Below, piece by piece: positions 1 to 11,581 of a DNA stretch of 64,000 nt (positions within the stretch are counted from its first letter, which is position 1; every line of letters begins with the position of its first letter). The DNA is from Alphaproteobacteria bacterium. GTDB lineage: Bacteria > Pseudomonadota > Alphaproteobacteria > MPNO01 > UBA830. Where the stretch lies: the NCBI GenBank assembly GCA_964291215.2, contig OZ219791.1, positions 2,496,001 to 2,560,000 on the forward strand, read 5' to 3'. The notes beneath the pieces were generated by a model. It did not search any database. It was not told the DNA's origin and saw only the letters and a program-made list of their open reading frames with translations. The position numbers and the translations under genes were made by a program.

Positions 1-1669
1 GTCCGGTACCGTAGACCTTGAGCGCTCCGTCGTCGCCAACAGCATTGGGGCGCTGGAAGATCCAGTTTTGCCATGCCGACAGGCGGCCGAATATCTTCGT
101 CTCCAGGGTTTCGGGACCGGCGAAGCGCAGGCTGGCTTCCATGCCGGTAAGCGCATCCGGAGAGAAGCTCGCGCGTTCCTCTATGGCGATCCGCACCTCA
201 TCCTCCCAGTCGATGTCATCGGGAATGAAGGTGACGAGCCCGAGCTGTTCGGCGGTTTCGGCATCGATCGAGTCGCCGATTCTACCCTCTGCTTCCGCCA
301 CCAGCGCCGGATTATGGAGAAAACGGTGAGCGAGCCGCGTGAGTCCGTTTGGCATCGTGAGTGGCCCGAAATTCATGCCTGTCAACCGTATCGTTGCCGG
401 AGGCTGGTTGGATCCTTCGAGCACGCCGTCAAGCATGAAGGATCGGTCGGCTGCGAAGACGAGTTCGAGCAGCGTTCCGGAGAAACAGCTTCCCGGCTCG
501 ACGAGCGTGATGATCGATCGCGCTGACACGTCGATGCGCTTGAAGACCCGCTTGAGGAACATCACGGTCTCGCGCACGAGCCAGTGTTTGCGGTTGGTGA
601 GCAGGGCGGCGTCCGCGGCCTCGACATGCGCGGTGTCGCCCTCGGTGCGGAAGACCCAGGTTCCGATCTCTCTCTCGTTTACGCGCAGTTCCATGATCGC
701 GTCGTCGAGGGCGCGGGCCAGCGCCAGTGGCCAGAACGACACGCCCTGGGCCACGATGTCCGTAACGACGGCGGGCGGAGGTTCGGGCGGCGCCCTGACG
801 GTTATGGTCGCGGTCGCAAGCGCCCGGTCGATGTTGACCGAGAGCGTGTCGTAGACGATGCGGTCTGCCTCGACGACGCGCTCAAGGGGTGTCAGGCTGA
901 TCCCCTCCACATCGGCCGGGCGGTCGCTGGCCGCCGCAAATTCGCGCGCGCGCTCAATGACGCGGTCGTCGAACTGCGAACGGGCGATGACCTCGTCGAC
1001 GAGGTGCCAGTCGACTGCCCGTTTTCCGCGAATACCTTCGGAGGTCGTGCAGAAGAAATCGGCATGGTCGTGACGGACCTTGCGCTTGTCGACCAGCCTC
1101 GTAAGGCCGCCAGTTCCCGGCAGCACGGCCAAGAGCGGCAGTTCCGGCAGCGAGACGGTCGATGACCCGTCGTCGATCAGCATGATGTGGTCGCAGGCGA
1201 GCGCGAGCTCATAGCCGCCGCCGGCGCAGGCGCCGTTGACGGCGGCAATGAACTTCATTCCGGAGTTGTTGCTGGCGTCCTCGATTCCGTTGCGCGTCTC
1301 GTTGGTGAACTTGCAGAAGTTGACCTTGTGGGCGTGACTCGACTGCGAGAGCATGCGGATGTTGGCGCCGGCGCAGAAGATCCGCGGCTTGTCCGAGGTG
1401 AGCACCACCGCGCCGACCTCGGGGTGCTCGAAGCGCAGCCTCTGGAGCGCGTCGTGCAGCTCTATGTCGACGCCGAGGTCGTAGGAGTTGAGCTTCAGCT
1501 CGTAGCCCGGGACCAGCGTCGCGTCCTCGTCGACATCGAGCGCCAGCCGCGCCACACGGTCCTCGACGGTGAGCTTCCAGTGCTGGTACCTTTCTGGGCT
1601 GGTGCGGAAGTCGATACGAGGCTCGCCCACGGTATCCTTTTGCTGCTGCCTGACCCCTGTGCCTACCAT
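1..1669 (-). CDS. boxC: 2,3-epoxybenzoyl-CoA dihydrolase (benzoyl-CoA-dihydrodiol lyase), 3' end runs off window
   Basis: Absent from the ORF track (no stop in window). Manual minus-strand translation from ATG 1669: IDFRTSPERYQHWKL...YELKLNSYDLGVDIELHDALQRLRFEHPEV...HAHKVNFCKFTNETRN...ETKIFGRLSAWQNWIFQRPNAVG, all BoxC signatures; ~556 codons. Confidence 0.93.
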   Translation of the reverse strand, partial: MVGTGVRQQQKDTVGEPRIDFRTSPERYQHWKLTVEDRVARLALDVDEDATLVPGYELKLNSYDLGVDIELHDALQRLRFEHPEVGAVVLTSDKPRIFCAGANIRMLSQSSHAHKVNFCKFTNETRNGIEDASNNSGMKFIAAVNGACAGGGYELALACDHIMLIDDGSSTVSLPELPLLAVLPGTGGLTRLVDKRKVRHDHADFFCTTSEGIRGKRAVDWHLVDEVIARSQFDDRVIERAREFAAASDRPADVEGISLTPLERVVEADRIVYDTLSVNIDRALATATITVRAPPEPPPAVVTDIVAQGVSFWPLALARALDDAIMELRVNEREIGTWVFRTEGDTAHVEAADAALLTNRKHWLVRETVMFLKRVFKRIDVSARSIITLVEPGSCFSGTLLELVFAADRSFMLDGVLEGSNQPPATIRLTGMNFGPLTMPNGLTRLAHRFLHNPALVAEAEGRIGDSIDAETAEQLGLVTFIPDDIDWEDEVRIAIEERASFSPDALTGMEASLRFAGPETLETKIFGRLSAWQNWIFQRPNAVGDDGALKVYGTG

Positions 1670-1754
1670 CGATCCTGCCTTTCCCACACTTTCCCGTGAT
1701 CGCCGCGAGGTGAACTTTCCGCGCTGCCGGCATGATCGCCGACCTCGGGAAAAT

Positions 1755-1784
1755 ACATACTGTACGGATAGTATGTTGTGTCAA
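1755..1784 (-). promoter_or_regulatory. Putative boxC promoter/operator
   Basis: AT-rich patch with perfect inverted repeat ACATACT-N8-AGTATGT (1755-1776) just downstream of a minus-strand TTGACA (1784-1779), about 100 bp upstream of the boxC start. Confidence 0.5.
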
Positions 1785-2113
1785 GGCGGATTGCAACCGT
1801 GGAATCGACTCTTTCTTGCTGCTCTTTTCGGGTGGATCCGTTGCCAGAAAGGGTCCGGAACGTGTGCTGCGAATCCTTCCGTTGAGGGAAGGGCGCAAGA
1901 TGATCCGAACCCGGATCGCGCAGCGCGAGAATATCCGCCTCGCTGCCCCCCACGGTCGTCAGGTGCGCGAACATGAGCTCCGTCGGATCCGGCAACGAAA
2001 TCGCCCAGTGTCCGGAAAGGACGCGGGCGGCTTCCGCTCGATGTCAGGCGCCTGCAACTTCGCCAACCTGCGATCCGTCATCACCACCGCCCGAAAACAG
2101 GACTGGAATGTCC

Positions 2114-5100
2114 GTATCTACTCACCCCTTGTTGGGTTCTGATTGGCCATAGTGCTCGTTGATGATGTCTGCGGCTTTTCCGTCGAGGGCGATCTGGGTG
2201 GCGACGAGTGGGTTGTAGCCGAGTGCGGCCATGGAGGTGAGGTAGCTTGGCACCATGCTTTTGCGTGGAGCATGGTGCGGAAGCATCCGGACACCTTGAG
2301 CTTGACCTTTGCCATCCTGATCTTCTGTTCTCCGGCATTGTTGGTGAAGCTGACGTTGGGTGCGCCAGGCAAACTGGTGGAATGTGGCCGGGTGCAAGTC
2401 CCGAGAGAGGCTAACCACCACTTTCTCCGTGAACCATGTGTCGTGAGGCGCCAGGCGAAGCGTTGGGGAGCGGCAGGCCAGGCTATTGAGCCACGAGATG
2501 CTTTGAAACCGGAGTGCCGAGGTCGTGGCCGAAGGCAACGAGCCGCGTTGGTGAGGGGGGCTCCGCGGGGTCCGAGAACCATGGCCGAAGCAGGGACCTG
2601 GGAGGTCTTCCAATTGCCCCTCTGTCGTGGAGGGGCCGCAGAGGAAAGGAACTAATCCGTAAACCGATGATGAACGAGAAGTCAGATTCGGCCATAGTAC
2701 CGCTGAAGGCGGCGAACAAGGGTTCTTCGGAGCCTGCGGAGTTGTTGGAGGGAAGGCCAAGGGCAATGCGGTTGGCCAAAGCCCGCGCCGCGCGCAGAAG
2801 CGGGGGAGCGGGTCACAGGCGGCTGAACGCAGGTAGCGAAGAGGAACCCGGAAGAGCGTCTTTACTCCACCACGTGACGGTCGACGTTCTGCACGATGCG
2901 TTCCATTCCTTGAGGAAGGACGCGGCGGCGGGGCGTTGTGTGGCAAGCGTATGCGGAGGGTGTGGAACTGCTGCACGCCCGTGTGCACAGGGGCGCGTAC
3001 CGGGCGCCTCCATCTCGGCGGGTTTACATACCCAAGGAGGATGGAGGGCAACGACCGCTTGCCTCGGACAAGATTCTTCAGCGGGCGGTGTGATTCTGGT
3101 GCCGCGAGACGGAGTTCCTCGGGTTTAGTTACGGCTTCCGGCCGGGGCGCATCATGCGCTCGATGCCGTCACGGTGGAACGGCGGAAGGTCAACTGGATC
3201 GTTGACGCCGACATCCGTGGGTTCTTCGACAATCTCGACCGCGACCATCTGGTCGCGATGCTCGGGAAACGGATCGGGGGGTCTGATCATCAAGTGGCTG
3301 AACGCCGGCGTCATGGAAGGGACCGACTGGCAAGGGAACACCGCAAGGGGCGATTGTATCGCCATGCCTTGCGAACGTCTACCTGCACTACGTACGACTG
3401 GTTCCAGAACCACTGGCGCAAGCGGATGGCTGGAGGCGACACGATCATTGTCCGCTATGCGGACGACTTCGTGTGCGGCTTTCAGCATCTGAGCGACGCG
3501 CGGCGCTGAGACCTTGGGGAGAGACTGGCCCACTTGAACTGCACCCGGAAAATCATCGAGTTCGGTCGGTTTGCCAGAGCGAACCACCGGAAGCGTGGAC
3601 AGGGCAAGACGTTCGACTTCCTCGGCATGACGCACTTCTGCGAACAGACGAGGAAAGGCAGGTTCAGGGTCGGTCGCAAACCATCTCGCAAACGGGCACC
3701 CTGCGGCGGATCAAGGAGGCCTTGCGCAGGCGGTGGCACGATAACCGGCACGAAACGGCCAAGTGGTGAGTTATCAACGGCTGCTACTACGCCGTTCCAG
3801 GAAGCAGCCTGCAGAAGTTCATACACCAATGCAAACAGCTGCGTGCCCTTCGGCGACGCTCCCAAAAGGACTTCACCGGGGACATAGACACCCTCGCCGC
3901 TGCCCACTGAGCCAGCATCCGTGGCCAAACCAGCGCCTTGTCGTCAGGACCTGAGGGAGGAGCGAACAGCGCACGTCCGGTTCTGTGCGGGGGGACCGGG
4001 GTAACCCGGTTCCCTACCGCGATGGTCGTCTATGAAGCGCAGGTTCTCGTGTTTCACGAGACGTTCGTGCAGGTTGTGCGCGTCGGACTTGCGTCCACGT
4101 TTTCCTTTCGGCGGCGGCGGGATATCGGGCAGTTCCCTGGCGCCCTGATGGTGCGGTAGCGTTTGCGCACGGCCCGGCGTCGTTCAGGGTTTTGGATGCG
4201 CTCTTGTTGACCTTGTGGCAGACCTCGCGGAGCAGGCTCTTCATCAGTCGCGCGGTAGCCTCGACGACAAAGGTCAGTTCGCGCAGCAGGTGGCTACCGC
4301 ACAGCTGGTGGCTACACTGGCCCATGTACGAGGCCCAGGACGCCCTTGTAGCACGGGCCGATCTCTTGCCTCCCGGCCGCGCTTGCGGTGCGGGAACTTG
4401 CACGTCAGGGTCCCACGACATGAAGCCACTTACTGTTGATCCGAAATCGTCGACATCGGGCGTTGCAGGAGGTGCGCCACGGCGGCCTCCTCCCATGACA
4501 CGAGCGCATCGTGAAAGCATAGCCGAGGCAGGTTGCCTCGGAGAGCTTGATGCCGGAGATCGCCTGCACGAACGCGACGGCACGGCGCAGGGACAGCATT
4601 TGGGCAACCAGCAGGTTGATGACGAGGGCCTGAATGCCGATGCCGTACTGCACGGGATGTTGTCGGGGAACCGGCCCTTGGTCCGGGCCTTGCACTTCGG
4701 ACATTCCTTGATCTCGGCGCGGCGCTCGACGACCTCGAACACGATGTCATAGAGGACGCGGCGCTCCCGATCGACGGGGCCGTCGATGTCGGCGCCGCAG
4801 GCGTCGCAGGCCGCGACCGTTTCCTCGACGATGGTCTTGCGCAGGTTGTCGCCCATCTGCCGGTTCGGCTTCGGGCCGTTGCTTCCGGCACGCTCTTGTC
4901 CGTCTGTGACGGCGGCAGACCGGAGTTCCGGCTCGTTTTGCGCGTGGTCTTCTCCAGAAGGACGACGATGATGATGTCGAGCAGGATGACGAGGACGCGG
5001 ATGACGGCCTCTTCCGCCACCTTGCCGGCAGCGCCGCGATCCGGGTCTTGGCCGCTTCGAACTCCTCGCGCAGCGACGCCGCGTTGACCGTCGCCATCAC

Positions 5101-5349
5101 CCGGCCTTGCGCTTCATCAGCGCGCCGCCTCCGAGATGCGTTTTCACATACAGATCATGCGGAGGCTGGAGCCCCGGAAGCAGCTGGCACAGCCCGCTCG
5201 TCGCCTTCGATCCAAAGTAGCCCACTGGCGGTCCCCGTCGTTCTCGATGACCACCACTAAGCGAATCGGCATGCAGTGTCAAATCTCCACGAAAACCCGT
5301 TCGTTACTCTACCCCGACATCAAGCCGGAACCAGGGGGTGAGCAGTTAC
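2114..5349 (-). mobile_element. IS66-family (single-ORF, ISBst12-like) element copy A, degenerate, interrupted by group II intron
   Basis: Ends GTATCTACTCACCCC / GGGGTGAGCAGTTAC; transposase fragments KTSRNSGLPPSQTDK, HQLCGSHLLREL, SFTNNAGEQKIRMAKVKLKVSGCFRT in shifting frames; no target duplication visible. Confidence 0.88.
2360..4023 (+). mobile_element. Group II intron copy A with frameshifted reverse transcriptase (~2667-3954)
   Basis: 5' GTGCG, 3' domain V/VI-like ...GCACGTCCGGTTCTGTGCGGGG...CCCTACCGCGAT; RT motifs VDADIRGFFD, IIVRYADDFVCGF, FDFLGMTH; removing it restores the IS66 codons DDPNVSFTNN. Confidence 0.93.
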
Positions 5350-5566
5350 CATACACCAATGCAAACAGCTGCTCATGCGTGCCCTTCGGCGACGCTCCCA
5401 AAAGGACTTCACCGGGGACGTAGACACCCTCACCGCTGCCCACTGAGCCAGCATCCGCCACCCGTGGCCAAACCAGCGCCTTGTCGTCAGGACCTGAGGG
5501 AGGAGCCGGATGCGAACAGCGCACGTCCGGTTCTGTGCGGGGGGTAACCCGGTTCCCTACCGCGAT
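5350..5566 (+). mobile_element. 3' fragment of a group II intron (RT tail, domains V-VI)
   Basis: Matches 3820-4023; includes GAGCCGGATGCG...GCACGTCCGGTTC hairpin and ends CCCTACCGCGAT; 5' side cut by IS66 copy A end. Confidence 0.88.
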
Positions 5567-7043
5567 GTGCGCCAGGCAAACTGGTGGAATGTGGCCGGGT
5601 GCAAGTCCCGAGAGAGGCTAACCACCACTTTCTCCGTGAACCATGTGTCGTGAGGCGCCAGGCGAAGCGTTGGGGAGCGGCAGGCCAGGCTATTGAGCCA
5701 CGAGATGCTTTGAAACCGGAGTGCCGAGGTCGTGGCCGAAGGCAACGAGCCGCGTTGGTGAGGGGGGCTCCGCGGGGTCCGAGAACCATGGCCGAAGCAG
5801 GGACCTGGGAGGTCTTGCCCCTCTGTCGTGGAGGGGCCGCAGAGGAAATTCCGTAAGCCGATGATGAACGAGAAGTCAGATTCGGCCATAGTACCGCTGA
5901 AGGCGGCGAACAAGGGCTCTCCGGAGCCTGCGGAGTTGCTGGAGGGAAGGGCAATGCGGTTGGCCCGCGCCGCGCGCAGAAGCGGGGGTCACAGGCGGCA
6001 GGTAGCGAAGAGGAACCCGGAAGAGCGTCTTTACTCCACCACGTGATGTTCTGCGTTCCATTCCTTGAGGAAGGATGCGGCGGCGGGGCGTTGTGTGGCA
6101 AACGTACGGGGTGGAACTGCACGCCCGTGTGCACAGGGGCGGGCGCCTCCAGGGTCTACATTCCCAAGGAGGGGCAACGACCGCTTGGCATTGCCTCGGA
6201 CAAGATTCTTCAGCGGGCGGTGTGATTCTGGTGCCGCGAAACGGAGTTCCTCGGTTCCAGCCGGGGCGCATCATGCGCCGTCACGGTGGAACGGCGGAAG
6301 GTCAACTGGATCGTTGACGCTTGTGGGTTCTTCGACAACCGCGACCATCTGGTTGCGATGCTCGGGAAACGGATCGGGGGATCTGATCATCAAGTGACGC
6401 CGGCGTCATGGAAGGGAACGACTGGCAAGGGAACACCGCAAGGGGCGGCGCCCTGCCTTGCGAACCTGCACTACGTGCGACTGGTTCCAGAACCACTGGC
6501 GCAAGCGGGACACGATCATTATGCGGACGACTTCGTGTGCGGCTTTCAGCATCTGGGCGACGCTGAGACCTTGGGGAGAGACTGGCCCACTTGAACTGCA
6601 CCCGGAAAATCATCGAGTTCGGTCGGTTTGCCAGAGCGAACCGCCGGAAGCGTGGACAAGACGTTCGACTTCCTCGGCATGACGCACTTCTGCGAACAGA
6701 CGAGGAAAGGCAGGTTCAGGGTCGGTCGCAAACGGGTACCCTGCGGCGGATCAAGGAGGCCTTGCGCAAGCGGTGGCACGACAACCGGCACGAAACGGCC
6801 AAGTGCTGAGTTATCAACGGCTGCTACTACGCCGTTCCAGGAAGCAGCCTGCAGAAGTTCATACACCAATGCAAACAGCTGCGTGCCCTTCGGCGACGCT
6901 CCCAAAAGGACTTCACCGGGGACACAGACACCCTCACCGCTGCCCACTGAGCCCGTGGCCAAACCAGCGCCTTGTCGTCAGGGGAGGAGCGAACAGCGCA
7001 CGTCCGGTTCTGTGCGGGGGGTAACCCGGTTCCCTACCGCGAT
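5567..7043 (+). mobile_element. Group II intron copy B, degenerate RT
   Basis: GTGCG start directly after the preceding intron end; GKGTPQG and YADD motifs; 1477 bp versus 1664 bp for copy A. Confidence 0.92.
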
Positions 7044-8200
7044 GGTCGTCTGTGAAGCGCAGGTTTTCGTGTTTCACGAGACGTTTGTGCAGGTTGTGCG
7101 CGTTTGCGATGCGTTTTCCTTTCGTCGGGATGTCGGGCAGTTCCCTGGCGCCCTGATGGTGCGGTAGCGCCCGGCCTCGTTCAGGGTTTTTGGATGCGCT
7201 CTTGTTGACCTTGTGGCAGGGAGCAGGCTCTTCATCAGTCGCGCGGTAGCCTCGACGACGAAGGTCAGTTCGCGCAGCAGGTGGCTGCCGCTGGTGGCTA
7301 CACTGCCATGTACGAGGCCCAGGACGCCCTTGTAGCACGGGCCGATCTCTTGCTTGCGGTGCGGGAACTTGCACGTCCCGACGACATGGAGCCACTTGCT
7401 GTTGATCCGAAATCGTCGACATCGGGCGTTGCAGGAGGTGCGCCACGGCGGCCTCCTCCCATGACGCATCGTGAAAGCATAGCCGAGGCTTCGGAGAGCT
7501 TGATGCCGGAGATCGCCTGCACGAGCGCGACGGCGCAGGGACAGCATCCGGGCGACCAGCAGGTTGATGACGAGGGCCTGGATGCCGTACTGCACGGGAT
7601 GTTGTCGGGGAACCGGGCCTTGCACTTCGGGCATTCCTCGGCGCGGCGCGACCTCGAACACGATGTCGTGCGGCGCTCGACGGGGCCGTCGGCGCCGCAG
7701 GCCGCGACCGTTTTCTCGACGATGGTCTTGCGCAGGTTGTCGCCCATCTGCCGGTTCGGCTTCGGGCCGTTGCTCCCGGCACGCTCTTGTCCGTCTGTGA
7801 CGGCGGCAGACCGGAGTTCCGGCTCGTGCGTGGTCTTCTCCAGAAGGACGACGATGAGGATGACGAGGATCACGGCCTCTTCCGCCACCTTGCCGGCAGC
7901 GCCGCGGTCCTGGCCGCTTCGAACTCCTCGCGCGCCGCCCGTCGCCATCACCCGGCCTTGCGCTTCATTAGCGCGCCGCCTCCGAGATGCGTTTCCACAT
8001 ACAGATCATGCGGAGGCTGGAGCCCCGGAAGCAGCTGGCACAGCCCGCTCGTCGCCTTCGATCCAAAGTAGCCCACTGGCGGTCCCCGTCGTTCTCGATG
8101 ACCGTCACTGAACGAATCGGGCTGCAATGTCAAATCTCCACGAAAACCCGTTCGTTGCTCTACCCCGACATAAAGCCGGAACCAGGGGGTGAGCAGTTAC
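7044..8200 (-). mobile_element. IS66-family element copy B, left portion
   Basis: Colinear with 4024-5349; ends GGGGGTGAGCAGTTAC at 8200. Confidence 0.88.
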
Positions 8201-8316
8201 ATTTTCTGAATATCAAAAACATGACAAAAGAAGAGCCCTGCGCCACCCCCGGCCTGCCGTTTGCCGACACCCTTTCTGTGTTACTATTCTGCGCTGCCAA
8301 AGCGGGAGACGGAGTT

Positions 8317-9495
8317 ATGGCCACACCTGCCGAAGCGATTCAGACCGAGCGCCAGAAAGAACTTGCGGCAATCATCGAGGAGCTCGAGGACCTCAATACT
8401 GAAGCAGCGGACCACAGCCTCTGGATTCGCACGCGGTGGAACCTCCCCAATCAGAAGCCGTGGCATCTCGGCACCTCGGAACGACCCGCTCCGGGACCCT
8501 ATACCCTGGGCGTGGAATATCCGGCGGCCGAACCCCATGTCTGGAAATGGCCGCAGATAGAAAAATACCTGATGCATCTTGTCGAGTTGTGTCCGCTCGA
8601 GTTGACGGAAAGGCAGTCGGTGTTGCTCACCAATCCGGCCTTCGGGACCAGGGGCGTCAAGGTGACCAACACGATGCGGATCGCGATCTCGATCTACAAG
8701 AAGGGGGATGTGGCCGAATCGCACATGCATACTCCGAATGCCAGCCGCACCATCATCTCCGAGTCCGGCGGCTACACGATGGTCGAGGGCGAACGCATCT
8801 TCCCCCGGCGCGGCGATTTGGTCTTTACGCCGAACGGAACCTGGCACGGGCACGGCAATGACGACGACACCCCGGTGATCTGGGCCGACACGCTCGATTG
8901 GCCCCTTGCCGATTTTCTCGGCCTGGCATGGGCGCGCAACGACGACACCGTCAGCGGCCACAACCGCCAGCCCGAGACCGACTACTCGGCGAAATTCTAT
9001 GGTCGCGGTGGCATCCGTCCCATGTTCGACGCACTTCCGCGCGGCGAGGGACGCAGGGTCACGCCGATGTTCCTATACAAGAGAACCGATATCCGCGATG
9101 CCCTCGACGACATGCGCGGCCACGACGGCGACCCCTATGAGGGCATCATCGTCGAACTCGTCAACCCGGTCGACGGCGAGCCCGTGTTCTCGACGTTGAG
9201 CTACCGCGCCCAGTTGCTGCGGCCGGGCGAACGGACGCAGCCCAAGCGGCACACCGCTTCGACGATCTACTTCGTGCTTGACGGGTCGGGCCATGTTGAG
9301 GTCGACGGCAAGCAGTTGCCATGGGAGCGGAGCGACTTCTTCGTTGTGCCAGGCCATCGCTGGTGGCATTTCGTCAATTCCGGTTCGGAAGACGTCATCC
9401 TTTACAGCTATACCGACGCGCCCCTGATCGAGAAGCTCGGCCACTATCGTGCACAGGGCGTCGATCGGACGGGAGCTGCTGTCGAACTCTGCTGA
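8317..9495 (+). CDS. Gentisate 1,2-dioxygenase-family bicupin ring-cleavage dioxygenase
   Basis: ERQSVLLTNP, SHMHTPNASR, TPNGTWHGHGN, second cupin QLLRPGERTQPKRHTAS; GGAG RBS before ATG 8317. Confidence 0.85.
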   Translation: MATPAEAIQTERQKELAAIIEELEDLNTEAADHSLWIRTRWNLPNQKPWHLGTSERPAPGPYTLGVEYPAAEPHVWKWPQIEKYLMHLVELCPLELTERQSVLLTNPAFGTRGVKVTNTMRIAISIYKKGDVAESHMHTPNASRTIISESGGYTMVEGERIFPRRGDLVFTPNGTWHGHGNDDDTPVIWADTLDWPLADFLGLAWARNDDTVSGHNRQPETDYSAKFYGRGGIRPMFDALPRGEGRRVTPMFLYKRTDIRDALDDMRGHDGDPYEGIIVELVNPVDGEPVFSTLSYRAQLLRPGERTQPKRHTASTIYFVLDGSGHVEVDGKQLPWERSDFFVVPGHRWWHFVNSGSEDVILYSYTDAPLIEKLGHYRAQGVDRTGAAVELC

Positions 9496-9855
9496 GCGCC
9501 GGATCCCGCGGGGCCCATCCGCGGACCGCGCGGCTCGATGCAGCGTGGCATCCGCCGGTGCTTCGGGTTCCGCAGTCTCGAAACGGCGCTCGCGCCGTGG
9601 ACGATGCCTGCACTGCCTCAGGTTCCGGCAGGCAGCTGCTCCGGACGTAGACATCCGACTTCATGCGTATCGCTCGCAGTGAACGCACGGTGATCCGCTC
9701 AGAGATCCCGGTGCTGCCGTGTTTGCCGGTTTCGTCGCGGGTACTGCCGTCTGACGGCAGGAATGCCTGTACCTGTGCCAGCCGCGCGGTTGTTCAAGGC
9801 TTGACCGTCGGTGCGGCCTGATGTTCAGGACGTGTCGGCGGCTTGTACGGGACCA

Positions 9856-10248
9856 CTACCGTCCGTTTTCGAGGACGGCGGTGAACTCGCAGCTCACCAG
9901 GTACGGGCTGTTGGGCGTGCCCGGGGCGGTGTGGCGGGCAGGGCGGGATTCGGGATCCGGGAACATCCTGCCCCACTCCTTGTTGACCACCGGCCGCTGG
10001 TCCGGATCCCGGAGCCAGAAGGAGACCTTGACGATGTCCTCGGGCGTGCCGCCCGCCTCCTCCATGATCGAGCGAATATGCCGGAAGATGACTTCGCACT
10101 GGCCCTCGAGCGTTTCCGGCACCGTGTTGGTGGTCGAATCCAGGCCCTGAATGACGCCGGTCATCAATATGTTTCCGACGCGCGCCGCTGCCGGAATCGG
10201 GTTGCGATGCTGATAACCTTCGATGTGGATGCTCTGTCGGCGTGCCAT
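9856..10248 (-). CDS. RidA/YjgF-family protein
   Basis: HRNPIPAAARVGN, AGGTPEDIVKV, FPDPESRPARH; start at MARRQ with AGGAG RBS. Confidence 0.85.
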   Translation of the reverse strand: MARRQSIHIEGYQHRNPIPAAARVGNILMTGVIQGLDSTTNTVPETLEGQCEVIFRHIRSIMEEAGGTPEDIVKVSFWLRDPDQRPVVNKEWGRMFPDPESRPARHTAPGTPNSPYLVSCEFTAVLENGR

Positions 10249-10342
10249 GGGCCGTTTCTCCTGTCTTCGCTGCGGTGCGGACCGGCGGTTCGGCGCAACA
10301 TGCCGCATGTGCTACATTGCGCACCTCCAATATGAGGTGATC

Positions 10343-11581
10343 ATGAGCGAGACTCAACACGCTGTCCGCTGGCCTGACGGTGGTGTAAGCCGCGTTCCCT
10401 ACGGAATCTACACCGACCCCGACATCTACGAGGAAGAACAGCGCCGGATCTTCCGCGGGCCGGTGTGGTCCTTCGTCGGGCTGAGCCAGGAGATTCCCGA
10501 ACCGGGCGATTATCGCACTGCCTATATCGGTGATACGCCGGTCATCGTGCTGCGCAATCTCGACGGCGAGATCCGGGTGCTGGTCAATCGCTGTTCGCAT
10601 CGCGGTAATCTCGTCTGCATCGCCAAGGCCGGCAATGCCGAGAATCTTACCTGCGTCTATCACAACTGGCGCTACGACCTCGACGGCAATCTCGACAGCG
10701 TTGCCTTCGGCAAGGGTCTCGGTCGCTCTGGCGGCATGCCTGCCGACTTCGATACCGCGAAGCATGGCCTCGAACGCCTTCGCGCCGAGACTTGGAACGG
10801 TCTCGTCTTCGCCACCTTTTCCGAAGATGCCCCGCCGCTCGGCGAATTTCTCGGCGCGGAGATGAGCGCCAACATCGAGCGGGTGCTCGGGCGCGAGATT
10901 GTCCTTCTCGGAACCTACAACCAGTTCATGCCCAACAACTGGAAGCTCTACATGGAGAATGTCCGGGATTCCTACCACGCGAGCATCCTGCACATGTTCC
11001 AGGCGACGTTCCGGATCAACCGCCTGTCAATGAAGGGCGGCATCCGCCTTTCCGATCGCGGATGGCACCATGTCAGCTATTCGGTTGCCGAGACCGACCG
11101 CGAGGAGAGGCAGTACAACTCGAAACGCCTGCTGTCGGTGAAGGACGGCTACCTCCTCGCCGATCCGAGCCTCGTTGATGGCTGGCGCGAATTCGACTGC
11201 GGCACCACGCTGGCGATTCAGTCGATCTATCCGAATTTCGTGGTGCAGCAGATCTACAACTCGATTGCGCTGAGACTGTGCCTGCCCAAGGGGCCGGAGG
11301 AGTGCGAGCTCATGTGGTGGATCCTCGGCTATGCCGACGACAGCGATGAAGAGCGGGAGGCGCGCATCCGCCAGTCGAATCTCGTCGGGCCGGGGGGGCT
11401 GATCTCGATGGAGGACGGCGTCGTCGGCGGCTGGGTCCAGCGCGGCTCGAAACGCGATCCCGAGAAGACCACCATAGTCGAGATGGGCGGCCGTGACGTC
11501 GCGCCGACAGAGGAGGGGCGTGCGACCGAGGTCTCCATCCGCGGTTTCTGGAGGGGGTATCGCGACCTCATGGGCGTGTGA
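10343..11581 (+). CDS. Rieske aromatic ring-hydroxylating oxygenase alpha subunit, terephthalate 1,2-dioxygenase (TphA2)-like
   Basis: Rieske CSH...CVYH; mononuclear iron region NWKLYMENVRDSYHASILH; NRLSMKGG, HHVSYS, ISMEDG, EGRATEVSIRGFW resemble TphA2 as recalled. Confidence 0.9.
   Translation: MSETQHAVRWPDGGVSRVPYGIYTDPDIYEEEQRRIFRGPVWSFVGLSQEIPEPGDYRTAYIGDTPVIVLRNLDGEIRVLVNRCSHRGNLVCIAKAGNAENLTCVYHNWRYDLDGNLDSVAFGKGLGRSGGMPADFDTAKHGLERLRAETWNGLVFATFSEDAPPLGEFLGAEMSANIERVLGREIVLLGTYNQFMPNNWKLYMENVRDSYHASILHMFQATFRINRLSMKGGIRLSDRGWHHVSYSVAETDREERQYNSKRLLSVKDGYLLADPSLVDGWREFDCGTTLAIQSIYPNFVVQQIYNSIALRLCLPKGPEECELMWWILGYADDSDEEREARIRQSNLVGPGGLISMEDGVVGGWVQRGSKRDPEKTTIVEMGGRDVAPTEEGRATEVSIRGFWRGYRDLMGV

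Noticed and set aside
18-1699. Plus-strand ORFs at the window start
   Set aside because: Antisense to boxC.
2360-7043. RT as retron, DGR or CRISPR-associated RT
   Set aside because: Bounded by group II intron termini and precisely inserted in an IS; no template/variable repeat pair or array.
7987-8316. N-terminal extension making a 502-aa cupin ORF
   Set aside because: Reads through the IS66 end and intergenic DNA; the RBS-supported start is 8317.
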